Positions 9,718-22,198 of a stretch of 64,000 nt of DNA are shown piece by piece. The position numbers and the translations under genes were made by a program. The notes under the pieces are model-generated. The model was not told where the DNA came from, did not search any database, and was given only the letters and a program-made list of their open reading frames with translations. Location: contig OZ244960.1 of assembly GCA_965222605.1 (NCBI GenBank), positions 2,848,001-2,912,000 on the forward strand, read 5' to 3'. The stretch is from Candidatus Latescibacterota bacterium (GTDB lineage: Bacteria; Latescibacterota; UBA2968). Positions within the stretch are counted from its first letter, which is position 1; each line of letters starts with the position of its first letter.

Positions 9718-10223
9718 AATTACTCGACCCCACATCCGAGCAAAAACCAGCACAGAGAGAACGGGTAAAACGCCCGCAATCACTCGACGGACTAACCATT
9801 GGGCTTCTGGACATTTCCAAAAGCCGTGGCGACGTATTCCTCGACCACATCGAAACGCATCTCACCCGGCGCGACCTCAAAGTCAACCGCTACATCAAAC
9901 CCACATTCACGCGCCCGGCACCCATCGAACTCCAGCAACAAATCGCCACCGAATGCGATGTGGTCGTCGAAGGCCTGGCCGATTGAGGGTCCTGTACAAC
10001 GTGCAGTGTGCACGACACGACCAACCTGGAAACGCGCGGTATTCCCACCGTCTTTGTCGCATCCGAGCCGTTCCGAGAAGCCGCCGATGCCCAATCGACC
10101 GCCCTGGGATTTAATCCCGCTCGCGTCTTTGTCGCCCATCCCATCCAGGATCGCACCGACGAAGAAATGCAGGCACTTGCCGATGGCGCTATTGAACGCA
10201 TCTTGAAAAGAATTAGTGAATAA
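9714..10223 (+). CDS. UGSC-family selenoprotein (169 aa, Sec at TGA 9984-9986)
   Basis: ORFs 9714-9986 and 10008-10223 are in the same frame. Read-through gives [16 protein letters not shown], and a hairpin follows the TGA. Confidence 0.85.
9988..10022 (+). promoter_or_regulatory. Candidate bacterial SECIS element
   Basis: GGTC-C-TGT-(ACAA)-CGTGCA-[GTG]-TGCACG-ACA-C-GACC. The apical loop starts with G, 19 nt after the UGA. Confidence 0.7.
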
Positions 10224-10240
10224 AAAAGGATCTACCCCCA

Positions 10241-10648
10241 ATGAACGACGAAAAAATCACCAAAACAAACGAAGAATGGCGGACGCAACTCACCCCCGAA
10301 CAATACTACGTCTGCCGTCAAAAAGGCACAGAACGCGCCTTCACCGGCATGTACTGGGACAGCCGTGAAGAAGGCGTATATCGCTGTGTATGCTGCAATG
10401 CCGAACTCTTCCGCTCAGACCAGAAATTCGACTCGCACTGCGGATGGCCCAGCTTTTTTGACGCCATTGAACCCGAACGAATCAACCAGCACGAAGACCT
10501 GAGCTTTGGCATGCGCCGCATCGAAGTCACCTGCGCCCGCTGCGATGCCCACCTGGGCCACATCTTCGACGACGGCCCCGCCCCCACGGGCCTGCGCTAT
10601 TGCATCAACTCCGTAGCCATTGATCTGGATCGCGATGAAGAATCGTAA
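10241..10648 (+). CDS. msrB: Peptide methionine-(R)-sulfoxide reductase
   Basis: [51 protein letters not shown], and two CxxC zinc sites. Confidence 0.96.
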   Translation: MNDEKITKTNEEWRTQLTPEQYYVCRQKGTERAFTGMYWDSREEGVYRCVCCNAELFRSDQKFDSHCGWPSFFDAIEPERINQHEDLSFGMRRIEVTCARCDAHLGHIFDDGPAPTGLRYCINSVAIDLDRDEES

Positions 10649-13600
10649 AACACATTCTCCACAAGAAAGCCTCACGGATCTAAAAAAAATGTTCTCACAA
10701 ATTGCACAACTCTTCTCACATATCAGCCGCACCCGCCTGACAGCCTTCATTCTCATGCTTGCCCTGCCAATCGCGGCACGGGCGCAGACTGAGCCGGTCG
10801 TGACAATTAAGTCAAGTCCTACCAGCGTCATGGAAGGCAAGACAGCCCGCTTTATCATATCGGCGATCCCGGCCCCAACCAGCAACCTGACGGTGAACAT
10901 AGAAGTGACCAGCGGTGGACCGGTCCTCCCCAACAACTACACGCCGCCTACAACAATCACCGTCGGTACCTCTGGCCAAGCCACAATGACAGTGCCAACC
11001 GCAGATTTCACGGAGAATCCGGACGACAAAAACTGGGGCAAAGTTTTAGTAGATATAAAAAAAGGGAATGGCTACACGATCGGTGAACATGGAAGTGCAT
11101 CCGTGCAGGTGATTGACGAAGATGCGACCGCAGTTCCGACCTTGACACTTCACGCAGACCGCACGCGAGCCGCGGTAGGCGACGTGGTGACGGTCACAAT
11201 AAGGCGCACCGAACCTTACAACAGGCGGCATCGGGTGGATATCCGGATGGTCGGACATGGGGGACTGTTCAACGATCATGAAATTGATGAATGGGAACCG
11301 ATAGTAGAAATCCTTCATCCGGCTGCTCTCAACAGGCATCCGATGACCGAGAGATCAATTTCTATTACCGTGTGGCCAGAAAAGAACTGTCAAAGAACGC
11401 AGGGGCGCAAAATTGAAGCCTACCTCTTCGATGCCTACTACTATGGAGAAAACCTTCCAGAGAATACTGGAGATGTGGAATATAAAGTAGGCGACCCATC
11501 CTCGATAACCATAGATGTTTATTACCCCTCGAACCGGCAACCGACAGGTGCCCCAACAATCAGCTACTCGGGCGATCTTGAAGAGAATACAACACTCACA
11601 GCGGATGCCTCGAACATCCAGGATGCCGATGGCCTCAACAATGTGTCATATACCTATCAGTGGTACCGGGTAGCAAGCGGTTCGGCGACCCAGATCCCCA
11701 ATGCCACGAATTCGACGTACGACGTAGTCGAAGCCGATAATGGTTTCAAACTGAAAGTTCGAGCAGTCTTCACCGACGATTTGTGCAATCCCCAGATATC
11801 GGACAGCGCGTTGACACCAGTCGTGGGTGGCGCAGGTACACAAGTAACGCCAGTCGGGACAATTGAAGCGAATCCCCCAAGCATCACCGAAGGTCAGTCT
11901 AAGACATTCAAAATCACAATGACCCCTGCCCCGACGACCTCACTAAACGCAGAAGTGCGCATCAGCCAGATCGGCAATTTCATCATCGGCTCACCGGGCA
12001 CGGGCACGCACACAGTCACCTTCAACCCCAACCAAGCCACCACCACACTGACAGTCAATACTGAAGATGATCAAGTAGATGAATTAAATGGCGAAATAAG
12101 AGCGGTACTTCAGAGCATGCCAGCCTATACATTAGGCGACCCATCCTCAGCAACCGTTACCGTTGAAGACAACGACAATCCGCGGATGACAATCGAAGCG
12201 GATACCTCACCTATCACCGAAGGCACGCCTGCGACATTCACAATCACAGCGGACCCCGTACCGGCAACCCCACTAACCGTGACCGTAAGCGTCACCGAGA
12301 CCCGAGATTTCATCAGCGGCACACCGCCCTCAACCGTCAACTTCAGCGCCAACCAGACCTCCGCCACAGTGACAGTCGAAATGGATGACGATGATATAGA
12401 TGAGCTGGATGGTCAGATAAAAGCGCAACTACAGAACGGAACAGACTATGATTTAGGCTCTCCGTCCTCAGCAACTGTCACCGTTGAAGACAACGACATG
12501 CCAGAGCTATCAATCGGCGCGAACCAGAGCGCTGCAGAGAGCGCGGGCAGCATAGAATTCACGGTGACACTGGATGGACCGAATGCGCAGACAGTAACGG
12601 TGGATTATGCGACATCGGACGGCACGGCGACAGAACCTGGAGACTATACGCGGAGGAACGGCAGGCTGACATTCTCCCCGAGCGGAGCGCGCACACAGAC
12701 CATCCACGTGACGATCCGGGATGACAATATAGATGAGAACAATGAGAACTTCACCGTGACGCTAAGCAATGCGAGCAACGCGACGATGGGGACTGCCTCT
12801 GCGACCGGAACGATCACCGATGACGACACGCGCGGGGTCAGAGTGGAACCGACAGCACTGAACGTGCCGGAAAATGGCAGCAACACCTACAGGGTGGTGC
12901 TGACCTCGCAGCCGACCGAGAACGTGACCGTGACGGTGAATGTGCCATCGAACATGGATGTGTCGGTAAATCAGACGAATCTGATATTCACGACGAGCAC
13001 CTGGCGTAACCCGAAAACAGTGAGGGTGAATGCGGCGCAGGACGGTGACATGGACGCGGATCCTGCCGTGACGATCAGGCACACGGCGAGCGGCGGCGAC
13101 TACGGGACGGTACAGGCGGATGACGTGACGGTGACGATCATCGAAACCGGCGCGCCGACACTGAGCATTGACCCTGCAAGTGCGTCTGAAAACGCCGGGA
13201 CAATGTCGTTCACGGTAAGGCTGAGCTTGGCGAGTGCGACGGCAGTGACGGTGACTTATGCGACACCGGACGGCACGGGCACGGCGACAGCACCAGAAGA
13301 CTACACGGCGGTGACGAACAGCGTGACGTTCGCCGCGAATAGCACGACGCCGCAGCCGATCAGTGTGGCAATCATTGACGACAATATAGATGAGGAAGAC
13401 GAGACATTCACGATGAGGCTGAATAAACCACCGAATGCGATGCTGGCCGGTGGAGGCAACACCCTCTCGGCGACCGGGACGATACAGGACAACGACAGGC
13501 GCGGGGTGAGGGTGTCACCCACCACCCTGACGGTGAACGAGGGAAGCAACAATACCTACACGGTACAGCTCCTATCGGCACCGACGAACACAGTGGCGAT

Positions 13601-16600
13601 CGGAGTGTCAGCGACCGGCAACACGGACGTGTCGGTAGATAAACCACGTCTAACGTTCACAGCGAACACCTGGAACACAGCGCAGACGGTGACTGTGGAG
13701 GCGGTGCAAGACGAAGACTCAGCGAACGACACAGCCACTGTGCAACACACAGTGAGCGGCGGCGACTACGCCGGGGTGACGGCGGCCTCGGTAGCAGTGA
13801 CGGTGGACGACGACGAAAATCCGCAGCCACCCGTGCAGCCACCCGTGCAGCCACCCGTGCAGCCACCCGTGCAACCACCGCAGCCACCGATAGGGACACC
13901 ACAGGTGGTGACAATCACAGCGGATACTTCACCCGTCACCGAAGGCACGGCTGCGACATTCACAATCACAGCGAACCCTGCACCTACAACCGCAATAACC
14001 GTGAGCGTGAACACCAGCGAGGACGGCAATGTCATCAGCGGCACACCGGACGAAACCGTCACCATCGACGCCAATGAGACCACCGCCACACTGACAGTAG
14101 CAACGCACGATGATCAAATAGATGAGCCAAATAGCGAGGTGACAGCGCAATTACAAGGTGGAACAGGCTATGCAGTAGGCACACCGTCCTCAGCAACCGT
14201 CACCGTTGAAGACAACGACATTTCGCCGCCGGGAACCCCACAGGTGACAATCACAGCGGATACTTCACCCGTCACCGAAGGCACGGCTGCGACATTCACA
14301 ATCACAGCGAACCCTGCACCTACAACCGCAATAACCGTGAGCGTGAACACCAGCGAGGACGGCAATGTCATCAGCGGCACACCGGACGAAACCGTCACCA
14401 TCGACGCCAATGAGACCACCGCCACACTGACAGTAGCAACGCACGATGATCAAATAGATGAGCCAAATAGCGAGGTGACAGCGCAATTACAAGGTGGAAC
14501 AGGCTATGCAGTAGGCACACCGTCCTCAGCAACCGTCACCGTTGAAGACAACGACATTTCGCCGCCGGGAACCCCACAGGTGACAATCACAGCGGGGACT
14601 TCACCCGTCACAGAAGGTATAGCTGCGACATTTACAATCAGAGCGAACCCTGCACCTACAACAGCAATAACCGTGAGCGTGAACACCAACGAGGACGGCA
14701 ATGTCATCAGCGGCACACCGGACGAAACCGTCACCATCGACGCCAATGAGACCACCGCCACACTGACAGTAGCAACGCACGATGATCAAATAGATGAGCC
14801 AAATAGCGAGGTGACAGCGCAATTACAAGGTGGAACAGGCTATGCAGTAGGCACACCGTCCTCAGCAACCGTCACCGTTGAAGACAACGACATTTCGCCG
14901 CCGGGAACCCCACAGGTGACAATCACAGCGGGGACTTCACCCGTCACCGAAGGCACGGCTGCGACATTCACAATCACAGCGAACCCTGCACCCACAACAG
15001 CAATAACCGTGAGCGTGACCGTGACAGAGACAGAAGATATCATCAGCGGCACACCGCCCTCAACAGTCACCATCGGCACCACAGGTCAGGCCACACTGAC
15101 AGTAGCAACGCACGACGACGATGTAGGTGAAGACGACAGCGAGGTGACAGCGCAATTACAAGGTGGAACAGGCTATGCAGTAGGCACACCGTCCTCAGCA
15201 ACCGTCACCGTCAACGACAATGACATCCCGCAGGTGACAATCACAGCGAATACGTCACCCGTCACAGAAGGTATAGCTGCGACATTTACAATCAGAGCAA
15301 ATCCCAGACCGGCAACCCCACTAACTGTAAACGTGAACGTCACCCAGACCGGCGATGTCCTCAGCGGCACTCCACCTTCGACAGTCACCTTCCGCGCCAA
15401 TCAGACCACCGCCACCCTTACAGTAGCAACAGACGACGACGATGTGCGCGAAACCGATGGTACCGTAATGGCGCAAATAACTGCGGGTGTCGGCTACACA
15501 GTGGGATCACCATCCTCGGCAACCGTCACCGTTGAGGACAATGACACACCTCCCAATCATCCAGCCACAGGTGCCCCAATAATCATCGGCACACCCGAGT
15601 TGCGTGAAACACTAACAGCGGATGTCTCTAACATCCGGGATGCCAATGGCCTCGAAAATGTCACTTATGCCTATCAGTGGATCCGCGTAATGGGCAGTAT
15701 GGAGACCCAGATCCCCGGTGCCACAGCTCCGACATACGAAGTAGTAACAGACGATAGTGGTTACCGGCTAAAAGTTCGGGTGAACTTCACCGATGATCTG
15801 GGCTATCCCGAAGAATTGGAAAGCGCATTGACAGCGATGGTGGTCATACCGGGGGTAACACCGGTAATATCAATCACAGCGGACCCCCCAAGTGTCACCG
15901 AAGGCACGGCTGCGACATTCACAATCACAGCGACCCCTGCACCCACAATCACACTGACCGTGAACATAAGCGTGACCGAGACCGCCAATACCCTCAGCGG
16001 CACACCACCCGCAACCGTCACCATCAGCGCCGGCCAGACCACACTGACAGTAGCAACAGACGATGATAAGACAGACGAACACGCCAGTGTCGTAACCGCG
16101 CAAGTGCAAGCCGGAATAGGCTATGTAGTGGGCACGCCATCCTCGGCGAGAGTGCTCGTGCTGGATGATGATTTGCCACCATCGATAGACGCAACCCTGA
16201 GCAGCCTGACAATCAACCCCGGCGTTATGAACCCGACATTTGACTCAGCGACATTGTCCTACACTGCCCTATTGCCGAACGCGACCTCAACCGTAACAGT
16301 TACAGCAACACCCAATAACCCGGACGCAACCGTATCCATCAACGGTCAGAACGCGACCACATTGGACGTGCCATTTACCGGTGACACGATGGACATCACA
16401 GTAACAGTAACTGCCGTAGATAACATCACGCAATTGACCTATACCATCACAGTCAACCGTGCGCCAGCAGGGCTTCCACAAGTGACCATCACAGCAAATC
16501 CCACAACCGTCACCGAAGGCACGGCTGCCACATTCACAATCACAGCAAACCAGCCATCGGTAACCGATCTGATCGTGAACGTGAAGGTAACAGAGACCGC

Positions 16601-19600
16601 CAAAATGCTCAGCGGCACACCGCCCTCGACTGTCACCATCAGCGCCGGCCACACCACCGCCACACTGACAGTAGCAACAGACGACGATGATATAGATGAA
16701 CACGCCAGCATGGTAAAAGCGCGACTACAAGCCGGAACAGGCTATACAGTAGGCGATCCATCCTCGGCGAGCGTACTCGTGCTGGACGACGAAGTGACGA
16801 TATCTACAGACGCGACCCTGAACAGCTTGACAATCAACCCCGGTACACTGAACCCGACATTCGATCCGGAGACATTGGACTACACCGTCTCAGTGACAAA
16901 CGGGGTCTCGACCATAACGGTTACAGCAATAGGCAATAACGCGGGCGCAACCATATCCATCAACGGGCAGAACACCACCTCATTGGATGTTTCACTTGTC
17001 GAAGGCACAAATACCATCACAGTAACAGTAACAGCCGAAGACAACACCACGCAATTGACCTACACCATCACAGTAACCCGGCAAGAGCCTATCCCCAACC
17101 GCCCAGCCACAGGTGCCCCAACAATCATCGGCACACCCGAAGTGGGTCAAACACTCACAGCGGATGTCTCTAACATCCAGGATGCCGACGGCCTCGAAAA
17201 TGTAACCTATGCCTATCAATGGATACGCGTCAGAGGCGATGTGGAAACCGAAATCCCCAATGCCACAGGTACAACGTACGAAGTCGCAACAGCCGACATT
17301 GATCACCAGATAAAAGTTCGGGTGAACTTCACCGACGATGCGGGCAATGCCGAAGAATTGGAAAGCGCGTTGACCAGCGCCGTCGTTGCACCCGTCGTAA
17401 CACCCGTCTTGACCATCTCGGCAAGTGCTACAAGCATCACCGAAGGCACGGCTGCCACATTCACAATCACAGCAACCCCTGCACCCACAACCGAACTGAC
17501 CATGAACGTGAACATCACCGAAACTGGCAATGTCCTCAGCGGCACACCACCCTCAACCATCACCATCAGCACTGCCCAGACCACTCTCACAGTAGCAACG
17601 AACGACGACAATGTAGATGAAGAAAATAGTGTAATAACCGCAGCACTACAAGCCGGAACAGGCTACACAGTAGGCACACCATCCTCTGCAAGCGTCACCG
17701 TCAACGACAACGACGCGCGCCCCAACAATCCAGCGACAGGAGCTCCAATAATCATTGGCACACCTGAAGTAAGTGAAACACTCACCGCGGACGTCTCTAA
17801 CATCCAGGATGCCGACGGCCTCGAAAATGTCGCATATACCTATCAGTGGATACGAGTGATAGACGGTGTGGAAACCGAAATTGCCGGAGCGACAGGTACA
17901 ACATACGAAGTCGCAACAGCTGACATTGGTCACCAGATAAAAGTCCGGGTGAATTTCACCGACGATCTGGGCAATGCCGAAGAATTGGAAAGCGCGTTAA
18001 CAGCGGTCGTCGTTGCACCAGTGGTACCAGTCCTGACCATCTCGGCAAGCGCTACAAGCATCACCGAAGGCACGGCGGCGACATTCACAATCACAGCGAC
18101 CCCTGCACCCCTAACAGCACTGACCGTGAACATAAGCGTCACCGAAACCGGCAATACCCTCAGCGGCACACCGCCCTCAACCATCACCATCAGCGCCAAC
18201 GAGACCACCCTCACAGTCGCAACGAATGACGACAATATAGATGAAGAAGCCAGCGCGATAACCGCAGCACTACAAGCCGGAACAGGCTACACAGTGGGCG
18301 ACCCATCCTCGGCGAGCGTCACCGTTGACGACAACGACCTTCCCCCGAACTCGCCAGCCACAGGCGCCCCCACAATCATCGGCACACCCAAAGTGTTAGA
18401 AACACTGACAGCCGATGTCTCTAACATCCGGGATGCCGACGGCCTCACCAATGTATCATACACCTATCAGTGGATCCGTTTGGTAGGCAGTGTGGAAACC
18501 GAGATCATCGGAGCCACGGGTGTGACATACGAAGTCACAATAACCGATGTTGATCGCCAGCTAAAAGTTCGGGTGAACTTCACCGATGATCTGGGCAATG
18601 CCGAAGAATTGGAAAGCGCATGGACAGCTGTTATTGCAGCAGAGGAACCTCGCGTGGTGAAACTGGACGGATGGCTGGCGCGATTTGGGCGAACAGCATC
18701 GAATCATGTAATCGAGACAGTGCGCGAACGCGTGAGGGGGCACGTAGGCACCAACCATGTGGTGATCGGCGGATACAACCTGAATGAGATGAATTATAAC
18801 GGACTATTCTACAATCCGATATTGATGCCAGGCGAGTTCCCAATGAGATTTAGCATTGAGGCCGCGCAGAGTGCTCAAAGCAAAGAGATATTGAAGCAAA
18901 TAATATCGAGTACATCATTTGCTCTGTCCGGCACACTTGGGCCGTATAGCGAACCTCGATGGGCAGTGTGGGGTCGGGGCGCAACAACGCGCTTTAGTGG
19001 CACCGACGACGATCAGACAGTAGAAGGCGACGTAACATCGGTCATGCTGGGCATCGACTATGGAGATAACCGTTTCCAGGGTGGGCTTGTCCTATCCTAC
19101 ACCATGGGCGATGGGATACTGGGCACCATCGCCAATACCCGCGACGAATGGTCAGTAGAGACAACGCTGACAGGTATTTACCCCTGGACACGCCTCGCAG
19201 TGACAAACCGGTTCTCTGTATGGGGAATGCTGGGCTATGGAGGAGGCGACCTGCCCCTTTCGCGCGACGGCATCAAGAAATTAGAGACAGACGCAAACAT
19301 GGTGATGGGAGCCATTGGTACCCGCACCGATTTGGTCGGATCGACCTGGCATGACGGATTCTCATTATCACTGGCGTCAGATGCAGTGCTATCGCGTGCG
19401 AATGCGGATGATCTGGCGGATTTGTTGGAAAATAAGGGCACTGCGAGCCGTGTACGCGTGTTATTAGAGGGATCACACGTACTCTGGGTCTCCGGGGGAT
19501 CACTGCACCCATTGGCCGAGTTGGGAATGCGGTATGATGGCGGCGATGCAGACACGGGCATGGGGATAGAAATTGGTGCCGGGATGCGCTATGTGCTGAC

Positions 19601-20120
19601 CTCGCTGGGCCTGATGATTGAAGGTCGGGTACGCGGCCTCATAGCACACCAGGAAGGCAGTTATGAAGAATGGGGCGGTTCGGGCACAATCCGCCTGTCT
19701 CCAAATCCATCAGGCGAGGGACTATCGCTTCGGGTATCGCCAACATGGGGCAACGCATCTGGCAGCGTACGTGCCCTGTGGTCGAGGCCCGACATGAGCG
19801 ACATTGCATCTGGTCGCAACTCGGAACTCTACTCATCTAATCGCGTATCCGCCGAAGTGGCATACGGCGTGCCGGTATTGGGCGAAAAATTAGTTGCGAC
19901 GCCATTTGTCGGGCTACAAGACAGGCACAAACGGCTCGGCTTCGGCTTGCACAGAGGTTCGTTGTTCGGCCTTGCGGTCGAAGGCATGCAATACAACCGG
20001 GACCTTGCCCTGCGGGTTCGCGCGGGCATGCATACCCACAACTTCATCCTCCGCCTTGAAGGCAGCCTCGATACATATGGTCACCACGCCTATTTCAGAC
20101 TACAGCACAATATGGAATAA
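10635..20120 (+). CDS. Giant repetitive autotransporter/adhesin (Calx-beta-like, cadherin-like and Ig-like repeats; C-terminal beta-barrel)
   Basis: About 3160 aa. Signal-like [15 protein letters not shown], many TEG..ATFTITA...DDD.DE...[10 protein letters not shown] repeats, WLARFGRT linker, then barrel motifs ([21 protein letters not shown]). Exact start uncertain (10635 or 10689). Confidence 0.85.
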   Translation: MKNRKTHSPQESLTDLKKMFSQIAQLFSHISRTRLTAFILMLALPIAARAQTEPVVTIKSSPTSVMEGKTARFIISAIPAPTSNLTVNIEVTSGGPVLPNNYTPPTTITVGTSGQATMTVPTADFTENPDDKNWGKVLVDIKKGNGYTIGEHGSASVQVIDEDATAVPTLTLHADRTRAAVGDVVTVTIRRTEPYNRRHRVDIRMVGHGGLFNDHEIDEWEPIVEILHPAALNRHPMTERSISITVWPEKNCQRTQGRKIEAYLFDAYYYGENLPENTGDVEYKVGDPSSITIDVYYPSNRQPTGAPTISYSGDLEENTTLTADASNIQDADGLNNVSYTYQWYRVASGSATQIPNATNSTYDVVEADNGFKLKVRAVFTDDLCNPQISDSALTPVVGGAGTQVTPVGTIEANPPSITEGQSKTFKITMTPAPTTSLNAEVRISQIGNFIIGSPGTGTHTVTFNPNQATTTLTVNTEDDQVDELNGEIRAVLQSMPAYTLGDPSSATVTVEDNDNPRMTIEADTSPITEGTPATFTITADPVPATPLTVTVSVTETRDFISGTPPSTVNFSANQTSATVTVEMDDDDIDELDGQIKAQLQNGTDYDLGSPSSATVTVEDNDMPELSIGANQSAAESAGSIEFTVTLDGPNAQTVTVDYATSDGTATEPGDYTRRNGRLTFSPSGARTQTIHVTIRDDNIDENNENFTVTLSNASNATMGTASATGTITDDDTRGVRVEPTALNVPENGSNTYRVVLTSQPTENVTVTVNVPSNMDVSVNQTNLIFTTSTWRNPKTVRVNAAQDGDMDADPAVTIRHTASGGDYGTVQADDVTVTIIETGAPTLSIDPASASENAGTMSFTVRLSLASATAVTVTYATPDGTGTATAPEDYTAVTNSVTFAANSTTPQPISVAIIDDNIDEEDETFTMRLNKPPNAMLAGGGNTLSATGTIQDNDRRGVRVSPTTLTVNEGSNNTYTVQLLSAPTNTVAIGVSATGNTDVSVDKPRLTFTANTWNTAQTVTVEAVQDEDSANDTATVQHTVSGGDYAGVTAASVAVTVDDDENPQPPVQPPVQPPVQPPVQPPQPPIGTPQVVTITADTSPVTEGTAATFTITANPAPTTAITVSVNTSEDGNVISGTPDETVTIDANETTATLTVATHDDQIDEPNSEVTAQLQGGTGYAVGTPSSATVTVEDNDISPPGTPQVTITADTSPVTEGTAATFTITANPAPTTAITVSVNTSEDGNVISGTPDETVTIDANETTATLTVATHDDQIDEPNSEVTAQLQGGTGYAVGTPSSATVTVEDNDISPPGTPQVTITAGTSPVTEGIAATFTIRANPAPTTAITVSVNTNEDGNVISGTPDETVTIDANETTATLTVATHDDQIDEPNSEVTAQLQGGTGYAVGTPSSATVTVEDNDISPPGTPQVTITAGTSPVTEGTAATFTITANPAPTTAITVSVTVTETEDIISGTPPSTVTIGTTGQATLTVATHDDDVGEDDSEVTAQLQGGTGYAVGTPSSATVTVNDNDIPQVTITANTSPVTEGIAATFTIRANPRPATPLTVNVNVTQTGDVLSGTPPSTVTFRANQTTATLTVATDDDDVRETDGTVMAQITAGVGYTVGSPSSATVTVEDNDTPPNHPATGAPIIIGTPELRETLTADVSNIRDANGLENVTYAYQWIRVMGSMETQIPGATAPTYEVVTDDSGYRLKVRVNFTDDLGYPEELESALTAMVVIPGVTPVISITADPPSVTEGTAATFTITATPAPTITLTVNISVTETANTLSGTPPATVTISAGQTTLTVATDDDKTDEHASVVTAQVQAGIGYVVGTPSSARVLVLDDDLPPSIDATLSSLTINPGVMNPTFDSATLSYTALLPNATSTVTVTATPNNPDATVSINGQNATTLDVPFTGDTMDITVTVTAVDNITQLTYTITVNRAPAGLPQVTITANPTTVTEGTAATFTITANQPSVTDLIVNVKVTETAKMLSGTPPSTVTISAGHTTATLTVATDDDDIDEHASMVKARLQAGTGYTVGDPSSASVLVLDDEVTISTDATLNSLTINPGTLNPTFDPETLDYTVSVTNGVSTITVTAIGNNAGATISINGQNTTSLDVSLVEGTNTITVTVTAEDNTTQLTYTITVTRQEPIPNRPATGAPTIIGTPEVGQTLTADVSNIQDADGLENVTYAYQWIRVRGDVETEIPNATGTTYEVATADIDHQIKVRVNFTDDAGNAEELESALTSAVVAPVVTPVLTISASATSITEGTAATFTITATPAPTTELTMNVNITETGNVLSGTPPSTITISTAQTTLTVATNDDNVDEENSVITAALQAGTGYTVGTPSSASVTVNDNDARPNNPATGAPIIIGTPEVSETLTADVSNIQDADGLENVAYTYQWIRVIDGVETEIAGATGTTYEVATADIGHQIKVRVNFTDDLGNAEELESALTAVVVAPVVPVLTISASATSITEGTAATFTITATPAPLTALTVNISVTETGNTLSGTPPSTITISANETTLTVATNDDNIDEEASAITAALQAGTGYTVGDPSSASVTVDDNDLPPNSPATGAPTIIGTPKVLETLTADVSNIRDADGLTNVSYTYQWIRLVGSVETEIIGATGVTYEVTITDVDRQLKVRVNFTDDLGNAEELESAWTAVIAAEEPRVVKLDGWLARFGRTASNHVIETVRERVRGHVGTNHVVIGGYNLNEMNYNGLFYNPILMPGEFPMRFSIEAAQSAQSKEILKQIISSTSFALSGTLGPYSEPRWAVWGRGATTRFSGTDDDQTVEGDVTSVMLGIDYGDNRFQGGLVLSYTMGDGILGTIANTRDEWSVETTLTGIYPWTRLAVTNRFSVWGMLGYGGGDLPLSRDGIKKLETDANMVMGAIGTRTDLVGSTWHDGFSLSLASDAVLSRANADDLADLLENKGTASRVRVLLEGSHVLWVSGGSLHPLAELGMRYDGGDADTGMGIEIGAGMRYVLTSLGLMIEGRVRGLIAHQEGSYEEWGGSGTIRLSPNPSGEGLSLRVSPTWGNASGSVRALWSRPDMSDIASGRNSELYSSNRVSAEVAYGVPVLGEKLVATPFVGLQDRHKRLGFGLHRGSLFGLAVEGMQYNRDLALRVRAGMHTHNFILRLEGSLDTYGHHAYFRLQHNME
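13824..13889 (+). repeat. 12-bp tandem repeat encoding a QPPV linker
   Basis: CAGCCACCCGTG x4 perfect, followed by degenerate copies. Confidence 0.9.
13908..15215 (+). repeat. 336-bp near-identical tandem repeats (112-aa domain)
   Basis: Units start at 13908, 14244, 14580 and 14916; the fourth is partly diverged. Confidence 0.92.
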
Positions 20121-21130
20121 TGCCATTGATAATGACCCTCAAAACCCTGAAACACACCCTCTCCAAATTCCAAAACCTCGCCATCCTCGTCATCGGTGAC
20201 TACTTCCTCGACCGCTATCTCACCATTGACCCCGACCTCGCCGAAACATCCATCGAAACCGGCCTTGAAGCACGCCAAATCGTCGCCATTCGCAACCGGC
20301 CCGGCGCAGCCGGCACCATCACCTCCAACCTCTGCGCCCTCGGCATTGGACGCGTCTATGCCCTGGGCATAATCGGTCGCGATGGTCAGGGCTATGACCT
20401 CAAACAGGGGTTGTCCACCACAGGTGTGGATGTCACCCATCTCATCGAAACACCCGACCGCTTTACCCCGACTTATACCAAACCCATAAACAAAAAAACA
20501 GGCGCTGAAATGGAACGCCTGGACATAAAAAATCGAACGCCTTTACCCCTCGACCTCGAAAATCAACTCATCAAAACCCTGCACAACCTCCTCCCCAAAG
20601 TAGATGGCATCATAGCCCTCGACCAGGTACAGGAACCCAACTGCGGAGTGCTCACAGATCGCGTCGTCGCCGAACTCGCAAAACTCGCCAAAACGCATCC
20701 CAACACCATATGCTTCGCCGACTCCCGCACCCGCATCACCAACTTCAAAAATGTCATACTCAAAGCCAACCGCGACGAAGCCATTCAGGCCATTGGAGAG
20801 CGCGACCTCAACCGATGTGCCCGCATCTTTTCCCAGCGCACCGGCAAACCCGTCTTCATCACCCTTGGCCCCGACGGCATTCTCGTTGCCAACAACGAAA
20901 ACCTCACGCATATTCCCGGTATAAAAATTCCGCCCCCCATCGACATTGTCGGCGCAGGCGACAGCGTCTCCGCATCTGTTGTCTCCGCGCTTTGTGCCGG
21001 CGCATCATTACCCGAAGCCGCCCAACTCGGCGTATTGGCCTCATCCATCACCATACAACAAATCGGCACAACCGGCACGGCCTCGCCCGAACAGATCGCA
21101 AAACGATTTCGAGAAACCAAAACAGCTTAA
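20120..21130 (+). CDS. PfkB-family carbohydrate kinase, HldE/RfaE domain-I-like
   Basis: ILVIGDYFLDRY, PGAAG, ADSR, FITLGPDG, DIVGAGDS, GTTGTASPEQI. Confidence 0.82.
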   Translation: MPLIMTLKTLKHTLSKFQNLAILVIGDYFLDRYLTIDPDLAETSIETGLEARQIVAIRNRPGAAGTITSNLCALGIGRVYALGIIGRDGQGYDLKQGLSTTGVDVTHLIETPDRFTPTYTKPINKKTGAEMERLDIKNRTPLPLDLENQLIKTLHNLLPKVDGIIALDQVQEPNCGVLTDRVVAELAKLAKTHPNTICFADSRTRITNFKNVILKANRDEAIQAIGERDLNRCARIFSQRTGKPVFITLGPDGILVANNENLTHIPGIKIPPPIDIVGAGDSVSASVVSALCAGASLPEAAQLGVLASSITIQQIGTTGTASPEQIAKRFRETKTA

Positions 21131-21140
21131 AGGGAACCCC

Positions 21141-21335
21141 ATGTCTGACAAACCCAACTTCATCGTATTTATGAGTAGCGACCGATACAAACTCCTCCTC
21201 GACGGCAACGAAATACACCTCTCCAACCTCAACACCGACCCCAACGAAACCACCAACATCGCAGGCGACGAACCCGACCTGACCAACGACCTCCTCACCC
21301 GCCTCAACGCATGGCACACCTCCGTAACGCAATAA
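21141..21335 (+). pseudogene. Sulfatase remnant (N- and C-termini fused, core deleted)
   Basis: MSDKPNFIVFMS joined directly to RYKL...LSNLNTDPNETTNIAGDEPDL...LNAW. 64 aa, no CxPxR motif. Confidence 0.75.
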
Positions 21336-21344
21336 CCCCAGCCC

Positions 21345-22103
21345 CTATCCTCGCCCTCCCTTTACACTCCACACCGAACCCGTCGTATAAGTATTGCGCT
21401 CGGAACACAAAAACTCAATCACCTCAGCCACCTCCTCCGGATCCGAATACCGCCCCATCGCCTGACCCGGGGGACTGGCAATAAACTCGGGCGAAAACCT
21501 CGGCACCACCATCTCTGTCAACGCCCGCCCCGGTTCTACCCCATTGACAAACACCCCATCTTTGCAATACGCATTGCCCAACGCGCCGATAAACGAATAC
21601 ACAGCCCCCTTCGACACCGAATACGGCACCTGATTCGGGCTGCCATTGCGCGCACCCGAAGTAATCGTCACACAGCGCCCCCAACCGCCTGCGAGCATGT
21701 GGGGAATTGCAGCCTGATGAAAATGATAAACCCCGTACACATTGATTCGCATCACCTTATCAAACTGTGCCACGAGTTGCTCAAAAAACGACTTCTCCCA
21801 TCCCAAAATACCGGCACAACACACCAGAATATCCAGCCTTCCAAAATGCTCAACCGTCTGTGCCACGCACGCCTGAACAGCGGACTCATCCGTCACATCT
21901 GTCTCCACAAACATCGCCTGCTGTCCCAATGCCTCGATCTTCGCAACCGTTTCCGCACCCTCTTCTGTCAGAACATCGGCAACAACAATATCCCGCCCCT
22001 CCTTCGCAATCCGAACCGCCGTTGCCCCACCAATACCCCGCGCCCCGCCCGTAATAAGTGCAACTCGCCGCTCCTTTTCTGCTGCAAAACGCAAATTCGA
22101 CAT
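21345..22103 (-). CDS. Short-chain dehydrogenase/reductase
   Basis: TGGARGIG, FGRLDILV, YSVSK (YxxxK), VNGVEPG. Confidence 0.92.
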   Translation of the reverse strand: MSNLRFAAEKERRVALITGGARGIGGATAVRIAKEGRDIVVADVLTEEGAETVAKIEALGQQAMFVETDVTDESAVQACVAQTVEHFGRLDILVCCAGILGWEKSFFEQLVAQFDKVMRINVYGVYHFHQAAIPHMLAGGWGRCVTITSGARNGSPNQVPYSVSKGAVYSFIGALGNAYCKDGVFVNGVEPGRALTEMVVPRFSPEFIASPPGQAMGRYSDPEEVAEVIEFLCSERNTYTTGSVWSVKGGRG

Positions 22104-22198
22104 CTCACCCTCCTCATATTCTATTGCTCATTGTCGTTTCATCATTTAATATAACGCAGGTTGTGACCAATTTCATACCTGAATACAAGGAGAGGATC

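Noticed and set aside
10241-10648. MsrB as a second selenoprotein
   Set aside because: The catalytic residue is an ordinary Cys (RYCINS) and there is no in-frame TGA.
13908-15215. Repeats as a CRISPR array or DGR template/variable pair
   Set aside because: They are in-frame coding domain repeats with no spacers, no evident adenine-specific differences and no reverse transcriptase in the window.
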